A stretch of DNA of 64,000 nucleotides. Origin: Acidobacteriota bacterium. GTDB taxonomy: Bacteria > Acidobacteriota > UBA6911 > RPQK01 > JAJDTT01. Where the stretch lies: assembly GCA_965209055.1 (NCBI GenBank), contig OZ242374.1, positions 288,001 through 352,000 of the forward strand, read 5' to 3'. This document shows positions 58,133 through 64,000 of the stretch, in pieces (positions within the stretch are counted from its first letter, which is position 1; every line of letters begins with the position of its first letter). The notes under the pieces are model-generated. The model was not told the DNA's origin and ran no database searches. It was given only the letters and a program-made list of their open reading frames with translations. The position numbers and the translations under genes are program-made.

Positions 58133-59503
58133 TTACCCGCGCTTAAGTAAGAGATTCAGCTCACGTTGTACGACTACGTACGGAAGACGCCTAAGGCTGA
58201 ACCGCTCGTAAAGTGGTGACAGCAGCTCGTGGACCACCTCGGCCAGATTGGCACTCAGGGTGTCCACACCAACATTCGTCGATAGCGAAACATCGTTGTC
58301 CCGGCAAATGCCCCCGGCCCAGACGGTGTCCCGCATCGGGTTTGCCCACGCGTACAGTCGCCTCCTGCGAAGTCCGGTATACCGGGCAACAAAGGAGACC
58401 GAATGGCCGCCTATGCGATCGGCAAGATACGCAGCGTGCCGGAGTGCTTCTCCGACCCGCACAATCGGTAGCGTCGGGTCCACACAGGTGCCTGGTTGAA
58501 TCCGAGCCTCCGCTGCCCGATCACCGTCCTCCTCGTAGCCTCGAAGCAAAAAGGCGAGTCCATCGGGTGTTATGCGCCAGAAGTCGGCGTGGGCAGCATC
58601 GTGAAGGCCTCGCTGAGGTGCGCTCGGATCGTCCCCGAGCCAGCACTCTAGGGCACCGTCGCGGGCGTAGGGTTCGATCTCCGGCCGCGTTGGCACCCAC
58701 CACGGGGGCCAGCCTGTGAGACGCGGTGCATCGGCCAAAACATCCAGCAGGTCACGAAGTCCTCCGAAGAATCTTCCGCCGTCAACATGGTAGGCGAACG
58801 TAAAGAATCCGTGCGGACAACGTGCCGGGCTGTCGGGCGGGAGTCCGGCGATTCTGTTTCGCCAGATACCTTCAGACTCCGACACCCACCGATCCAGTCG
58901 GGATATTTCCGTCTGATTTCTTTCCGATGAAGGCCTGCCACTCAGCAGATCCCGGATGTGATCAAGCAGCTCATCTTGCCGCGCCCGCAAGCACCTTCCA
59001 AGTAGTTCGTCCCACTCGCGTCCATTGTCAGGTTGTGCGCTTTGCGGCCCCGGTCGGCGGATGTAGATTGTGTGTTGTCGAACTATCCGATCTTCCGGAC
59101 CGTTGCGCTTCGCGCGGATGGGAACTCGGTGACCGCCCGGAACACCAATGATCGGGTGAGTGACGCCCGAGGTGGGATGTGGGACGTAATGCACCGAACA
59201 ATGAAACGCAGGTTCTGCATAATTGTGAACGATCCCGTTCACCTTGTCCTGAGAGTAGGCGTCGAGAGTATCCGGTCGTCCATCGCCAGTCCTAAAACCG
59301 GCGTCCGTCTCTGTGAGTCCGATGATCACATGTCCCCCACCATGGTTCGCCAATGCAAGCAAGGCCTGGGCGAGTTTCGCTTTGTGTTCATTGTTCCCAG
59401 TGAGGTCCAGCCAGTTCTTGATCTCAATGTCGAGTGCTTCCTGCGGCTCGCGCAGTAGATCCGCAAGTCGATTGTGTTCTGGCGATGGCGACGTCACGCT
59501 CAT
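58133..59503 (-). CDS. Schlafen/AlbA_2-domain protein with uncharacterised C-terminal domain
   Basis: EALDIEIKNWLD...ALANHGGGHVIIG, YIRRPG; AAAGGAGG Shine-Dalgarno. Confidence 0.82.
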   Translation of the reverse strand: MSVTSPSPEHNRLADLLREPQEALDIEIKNWLDLTGNNEHKAKLAQALLALANHGGGHVIIGLTETDAGFRTGDGRPDTLDAYSQDKVNGIVHNYAEPAFHCSVHYVPHPTSGVTHPIIGVPGGHRVPIRAKRNGPEDRIVRQHTIYIRRPGPQSAQPDNGREWDELLGRCLRARQDELLDHIRDLLSGRPSSERNQTEISRLDRWVSESEGIWRNRIAGLPPDSPARCPHGFFTFAYHVDGGRFFGGLRDLLDVLADAPRLTGWPPWWVPTRPEIEPYARDGALECWLGDDPSAPQRGLHDAAHADFWRITPDGLAFLLRGYEEDGDRAAEARIQPGTCVDPTLPIVRVGEALRHAAYLADRIGGHSVSFVARYTGLRRRRLYAWANPMRDTVWAGGICRDNDVSLSTNVGVDTLSANLAEVVHELLSPLYERFSLRRLPYVVVQRELNLLLKRG

Positions 59504-59922
59504 CGAGCGAGCCTCCTTTGCAGGCGTTTCAGGTCTGTCCTGAAGCCAACCATAGCATCCCTGACACGCCCCGTCCCATCGCGAAACCGCCTGCGGCGTC
59601 GCAACGCCGTCCTTTTCATCGAGACGAGCCGCCCTTCATCGCTATCGACCTGACCCGATTATGGACTTTGCCAACAATATTTCGCGGTCCACGGGGAAGG
59701 AGCATTCCCCCGATTCGCGGTGGCTCTCGGCCTCGGCCAGCAGATCTTCAGGACCGGGGCTTCGGGATTCCACAATAATTCTCCGAGAGAAGCTGTAGAG
59801 AGCGAGTCTCAGGGAGATAGAGGAGAGTGTCTGGGTCTTACCCTTGGGAAACAATTGCGGGATGTGGATCCGAGGCCGTCCTGCATTGATGACATGCGCG
59901 CGTCCCCAGTTCCACCATCAGC

Positions 59923-60147
59923 GTGGCGACCGTGGCCCAGTACCTGGACAAGGTCATCAGCACGATTCGCAAACTTGCCGATCTGAACATCATCCAAACC
60001 AGAGCCGACATGGATACTGCCGGCCGACATCGTCGCCCTGGAGGACCTGAACGCCGACGTCGATTCTCTGGAGCCGTGGTACGATTCGCCTCACGGCGAA
60101 GAACCCGGATCCAGAAAGGAGGAGATGCATGGGCATCTACAAGGTGA
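59923..60147 (+). pseudogene. Possible degenerate excisionase (HTH_17/MerR-like)
   Basis: (IS)VATVAQYLDKVISTIRKLADLNII resembles an Xis HTH and lies directly upstream of the integrase; there is an in-frame stop at 59890. Confidence 0.35.
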
Positions 60148-61217
60148 AGGATCGCCGGGGGAGACGACGCTATGTCGTCAGCAAGTACTGGCCGAACGGA
60201 TCCGGTCGGCTCCGAATGTACGCCCCCAACTACCGGAGCGCACAGGCGCTTCAAACACGAATCGAGTCCAGCATCCTGGACGGCACCTGGAAGCAGCTCA
60301 AGGAGGAGCTCGCCGGTGGGAAACGCACCATCTGGACGGTCCGGAGCTTCTACGAGCGTTTCTTCGAGGAGTACTGCAAACCTCGCATGCGCTCCCGGCG
60401 TCGCTATGCGCTCTCGTTCAAGAGCCTCAACGCCATGGTGGGGAACATTCCCCTGAAGGAGTTCCAACGCAAGGACCTTCACCGCTACGTCGCGAAACGG
60501 AAGGGGCAGGTCCAGCCGGCCACGGTGAACCGGGACATTGCCGCCATCAGCAAGCTGTTTTCCTACGCGCTGGAGTGCGGGGAAGTGGACACGCACCCGC
60601 TGGTGAGATTCCCCAAACTCAAAGAACCCAAGAAGGTCTTCCGGCCCTTGACGGTTCAACAGTTCCGCGACCTGGTCGAGGCGATGGACAACCCTTACCT
60701 GCAAGCCATGGTTGCGGTGATCGGCGAGACGGGGATACGAAAAGGCGAAGCCTTGTCGCTCACCTGGAAACGGGTGGACCTATCCCGGAGGCTGCTATGG
60801 GTGGAATTCACCAAGAACGACGAGCCGAGGGAGATCCCGCTGTCGAAGTACGCTGCTGGATATCTGGCCGGTCTGGTTCGTTACCTGAACACCCCTTACG
60901 TCTTCGTCAACACCCGGACCGGGACGAGATGGGTGAATCCGGACAAGCCGTTGCGTCGAGCCGCCGAGCGGGTGGGGTTGAAGGTCGGGTTTCACGACCT
61001 GAGACGATTCCGGTGCAGCCATTGGCTGATGCAGGGGGTGGACGTGAGGACGGTGCAGAAGCTGATGGGTCACTCGGCGATCAGCACGACGATGCGCTAC
61101 GCGGGGTACGTCAGTTCCCATGCGCTTGCCAGCATTCGGGAGGCACAGGCTACCGAAGACTCACAAACGCGCCCGGCAACAAACAGGCAACAGCTAGGAA
61201 ATAGGAGGAATGATTAG
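60129..61217 (+). CDS. int: Tyrosine recombinase/integrase with N-terminal arm-binding-like domain
   Basis: TGIRKGEAL (R), TKN (K), FHDLRR (HxxR), LMGHS (H), TTMRY (Y); AAAGGAGG Shine-Dalgarno. Confidence 0.95.
   Translation: MGIYKVKDRRGRRRYVVSKYWPNGSGRLRMYAPNYRSAQALQTRIESSILDGTWKQLKEELAGGKRTIWTVRSFYERFFEEYCKPRMRSRRRYALSFKSLNAMVGNIPLKEFQRKDLHRYVAKRKGQVQPATVNRDIAAISKLFSYALECGEVDTHPLVRFPKLKEPKKVFRPLTVQQFRDLVEAMDNPYLQAMVAVIGETGIRKGEALSLTWKRVDLSRRLLWVEFTKNDEPREIPLSKYAAGYLAGLVRYLNTPYVFVNTRTGTRWVNPDKPLRRAAERVGLKVGFHDLRRFRCSHWLMQGVDVRTVQKLMGHSAISTTMRYAGYVSSHALASIREAQATEDSQTRPATNRQQLGNRRND
61175..61191 (+). repeat. Candidate integrase arm-type sites (right)
   Basis: GGCAACAAACAGGCAAC, matching the left-end repeat. 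Confidence 0.65.
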
Positions 61218-61283
61218 AGGAGAGAGGGGGCGTAAACCTTTGAAAATAAATGCGCTCGACCTAATCTCAGCAGGACAGAGCAC

Positions 61284-61298
61284 GGGACTGTTAGTCCC
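61284..61298 (+). repeat. Right att core GGGACTGTTAGTCCC
   Basis: Identical to 49540-49554. Confidence 0.88.
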
Positions 61299-61344
61299 CC
61301 ATTCTTCCTTTCCCCGATCCTGCTCGGGGTCACTGTTCCACTGG

Positions 61345-61400
61345 AGTTCGGCGGTAAGAAAACCGCCGCTCCAGTTCGGCGGTTAGGAAACCGCCGCCCC
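61345..61400 (-). repeat. Two tandem REP-like hairpins (GGAG family, inverted orientation)
   Basis: AGTTCGGCGGTAAGAAAACCGCCGCTCC followed by AGTTCGGCGGTTAGGAAACCGCCGCCCC. Confidence 0.7.
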
Positions 61401-64000
61401 TATGCCTTGGCCAGGGCCGGCTCCCGGTGATCCATCGGCACCGGCTCGCCTTCGATGGTCACGTCGGGCAGGGAGAAGCTCTCTTCGATCCCGGTAGCGA
61501 CCTTCTCCAGCCGAACCGCGCTCACCTTGTACTCGGGACAACCGGTGAACTCGTCCTTGGCGTCTCCCACCAGGATGTTGGTGCGGGTCTCGGGATAGTG
61601 GAAGGTCATGAAGACGGTGCCCACGTTGCTGGCCTTGGTGATCTCGGCCTTGACCCGGACCCGTCCCCGGCGGGAGATCACATCCACCAATTCCCCTTCC
61701 TCGATGCCCAGGGAGCGGGCGTCGCGGGGATGGATCCGCACTGTCTCTTCACGGGCCTTGTCCAGCTTGCTCACGGCGGTGCGGCGGGTCTGGGTGCCCA
61801 CGTTGTAGTGGAAGAGCATGCGGCCGGTGGTGAGGTAGAAGGGGAACTCGTCGTCGGGCAGCTCTCCCGGTTCCTGCCAGGGGGTGACCGTCAACTGTGC
61901 CTTGCCGCGCAGGAAGTCCCCTCCCTCATGGACGATCTCCGTTCCCGGATGGTTCTCGTCCCAGCAGGGCCACTGGAGGAAGCCCTCCTTCTCCAGCCGG
62001 TCGTAGCGGACGCCGCCCCACTTGGGAGTGAGCCGGGCGATTTCGTCCATGATCCGGCTGGGGTCGATGGAAGTCCCCGGTCCGTCGTCGAAACCCAGGT
62101 CGAACCCCATGCGGCGGGCCACCGTGTTGACCACGTCGCCGTCGGCCAGGAGGCTGCCGGGCGGCGGCGCCACTTTGCGCACGCGCTGGATCCGGCGGTC
62201 GGAGTTGGTGAAGGTGCCGTCCTTTTCCAGGAACGTGGAGCCGGGCAGCACCACGTCGGCGTACTTGGCCGTCTCGCACATGAAGATGTCCTGCACCACC
62301 AGGAAGTCCAGCTTCTCCAGGGCTCCCACCACATGGGCCGTGTCCGGGTCCGACTGGGCGATGTCTTCGGCCAGCACGTACATGGCCTTGAGAGTGCCTT
62401 CGTGGGCCGCGTCGAACATGTCGGGGATGCGCAGACCGGCGTTGTCCGGCATGGAACAACCCCAGACCGCCTCGTGCTCGGCCCGCGCCTGGGGATCGGT
62501 GGTCTGGCGGTAGTCGCTGAAGACGTTGGGCAGCGCGCCCATGTCGGATGCGCCCTGCACGTTGTTCTGTCCCCGGATGGGACAGGTTCCTGTGCCGGGC
62601 CGCCCGATGTTCCCGGTCATGACCGCCATGTTGATCATGCCGAAGACGGCGTTGGAGCCGTGTCCGGCCTCGGTCACTCCCAGACCCCACAGGATCTGGC
62701 TGGCGCCGCTGGCCGCATACATCCGGGCCGCCTTGCGAATCAGCCCGGGCTCCACCCCGCTGATCTCGCCGGCCCACTCGGGCGTGCAGGATGCCAACTC
62801 GGCCCGGAGTTCGTCGAATCCTTCGCTGTACCGGTCGATGAAGTCCTGGTCGATGAGCCCTTCCGTGAGCAGGACGTGCTGCATGGCGTTGATCACGGCC
62901 ACGTTGGAGCCGGGCTTCAACGGCAAGTGCAGGTCGGACCATCTCGCCAGCTCCGTGTTCCGGGGGTCCAGGACGATGAGCTGGCAGCCCTTGAGGACGG
63001 CCTGTTTCATCCGGGCCCCGAAGACCGGATGGGCCTCCGTGGGGTTGGCGCCCACGATCATGAGCAGCTTCGACCTCTCCACATCCTGGAAGCTGTTGGT
63101 CCCGGCCCCCGTCCCCAACGCGGCGCCCAGAGCGAAGGCGGAGGGGGAGTGGCAGACTCGTGAGCAGTTGTCCACGGAGTTGGTCCGCATGATGGTGCGG
63201 GTGAACTTCTGGGTCAGGAAATTCTCTTCGTTGGTGCAGCGGGAGGAACTGATGAAGGCGAACCCTTCCGGGCCGTACCGTTCCCGGACCTCCAGTAGAT
63301 TGCTGGCGATCAGGTCGAAGGCCTCGTCCCAGGAGGCCTCGCGGAAGTTGCCTTCGCCGTCCTTGATCAGGGGAACCCGCAGCCGGTCCTTGCTCTTCCC
63401 GAATTGATGGGCGAACCGCCCCTTGACGCAGGTGTGGCCCAGATTCGCGCTCCCCTCGGGATTCGGCTCGATGTTGACGATCTCGCCGTCCTTCATGTTC
63501 ACGTTCAGCGAACAGCCGACTCCGCAGTAGCTGCAGGTGGTGGTGACGGTCTCGTCAGGCAGGCCGTGGGCCCGGGTCTGGGTCTCCTCCAGCGCGGCCA
63601 CGGGACACTCGAACACACACTGGCCGCAACTGACGCAGTCGGCCTCCTCGAACCCGGTGTCGTTCCCCGCGATGACCTGGACGTCGTACCCGCGGCCGGA
63701 CATTCCCAGGATGAAGGAACCCTGGATCTCGTCGCAGGCCCGCACGCACCGGGCGCAGCCGATGCACTTGTCCATCTCCAGCTTGATGAAGGGATGGGTG
63801 TTGTCCATGGGGGGTGTGTGCGTGCGCGGGTTCTCGTAACGGGGAGTGCGCAGACCCACGTCCTGGGCCAGGGACTGGAGCTCGCAACGCCCGTTGGCGG
63901 TGCAGTCCAGGCATTCCAGCGGATGGTCCGAGACGATCAGCTCGGTGATGTTGCGACGCAGACGGGTGAGCAGGGGCGACCGGGTGGTGTAGACGCCGCC
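61400..64000 (-). CDS. fdhF: Formate dehydrogenase alpha subunit (Mo/W-bisPGD, Cys-type), 5' end beyond the window
   Basis: HPLECLDC...C, CIGCARCVRAC, CVSCGQC, CSYCGVGC, TCVKG, DNCSRVCH, RGQNNVQG. The frame stays open to the window edge. Confidence 0.93.
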   Translation of the reverse strand, partial: GGVYTTRSPLLTRLRRNITELIVSDHPLECLDCTANGRCELQSLAQDVGLRTPRYENPRTHTPPMDNTHPFIKLEMDKCIGCARCVRACDEIQGSFILGMSGRGYDVQVIAGNDTGFEEADCVSCGQCVFECPVAALEETQTRAHGLPDETVTTTCSYCGVGCSLNVNMKDGEIVNIEPNPEGSANLGHTCVKGRFAHQFGKSKDRLRVPLIKDGEGNFREASWDEAFDLIASNLLEVRERYGPEGFAFISSSRCTNEENFLTQKFTRTIMRTNSVDNCSRVCHSPSAFALGAALGTGAGTNSFQDVERSKLLMIVGANPTEAHPVFGARMKQAVLKGCQLIVLDPRNTELARWSDLHLPLKPGSNVAVINAMQHVLLTEGLIDQDFIDRYSEGFDELRAELASCTPEWAGEISGVEPGLIRKAARMYAASGASQILWGLGVTEAGHGSNAVFGMINMAVMTGNIGRPGTGTCPIRGQNNVQGASDMGALPNVFSDYRQTTDPQARAEHEAVWGCSMPDNAGLRIPDMFDAAHEGTLKAMYVLAEDIAQSDPDTAHVVGALEKLDFLVVQDIFMCETAKYADVVLPGSTFLEKDGTFTNSDRRIQRVRKVAPPPGSLLADGDVVNTVARRMGFDLGFDDGPGTSIDPSRIMDEIARLTPKWGGVRYDRLEKEGFLQWPCWDENHPGTEIVHEGGDFLRGKAQLTVTPWQEPGELPDDEFPFYLTTGRMLFHYNVGTQTRRTAVSKLDKAREETVRIHPRDARSLGIEEGELVDVISRRGRVRVKAEITKASNVGTVFMTFHYPETRTNILVGDAKDEFTGCPEYKVSAVRLEKVATGIEESFSLPDVTIEGEPVPMDHREPALAKA

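Larger units (their letters stand above)
49540..61298. mobile_element. Tyrosine-integrase genomic island (~11.76 kb) with defence cargo
   Basis: Exact 15-bp direct repeats at 49540-49554 and 61284-61298, an integrase next to the right end, shared arm-type repeats near both ends, and visibly more A/T-rich sequence than the flanks. Confidence 0.88.

Noticed and set aside
60125-61204. 359-aa overlapping ORF in a different frame from the integrase
   Set aside because: Low-complexity Arg/Gly/Pro-rich translation with no motifs; the 60129 frame carries all the catalytic residues.
49540-61298. Island as a prophage, ICE or phage satellite
   Set aside because: No capsid, terminase, primase, relaxase or T4SS genes are recognisable; only the integrase and cargo are supported.
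61345-61400. Tandem 28-bp palindromic repeats as a possible CRISPR array
   Set aside because: Only two adjacent units, no spacers and no cas genes; they match the REP-like family.
63140-63190. Selenocysteine recoding in formate dehydrogenase
   Set aside because: The active-site motif reads CSRVCH with a Cys codon; there is no in-frame TGA.

Overview
GC-rich bacterial chromosomal window. The gene content (carboxypeptidase-regulatory-domain TonB receptor, DUF1549/DUF1553 plus DUF1501, PQQ beta-propellers, expanded PhyH dioxygenases) suggests Acidobacteriota, possibly host-associated; this is inference. Positions 1-49.5 kb hold mostly catabolic, periplasmic and redox genes, one tRNA-Arg(UCU), three stand-alone type II toxin-antitoxin pairs, three tandem PhyH paralogs, two tandem Ldh_2 paralogs and a family of intergenic REP-like hairpins. 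The main signal is an ~11.76 kb integrative element at 49540-61298, bounded by an exact 15-bp direct repeat (GGGACTGTTAGTCCC). Removing the element rebuilds a host REP-like hairpin (GGAG-GGGGGACT-GTT-AGTCCCCC), so its tyrosine integrase appears to target a REP/BIME element rather than a tRNA. Matching arm-type repeats and IHF-like sites lie at both ends. The cargo is a Type III R-M system with an MNT-HEPN pair embedded between mod and res, a Schlafen/AlbA_2 protein, an orphan membrane-anchored protein and a nested inverted-repeat region (candidate oriT/ori). A formate dehydrogenase alpha gene runs off the right end. No CRISPR array or rRNA was seen. All product calls come from motif recognition by eye, not database searches.
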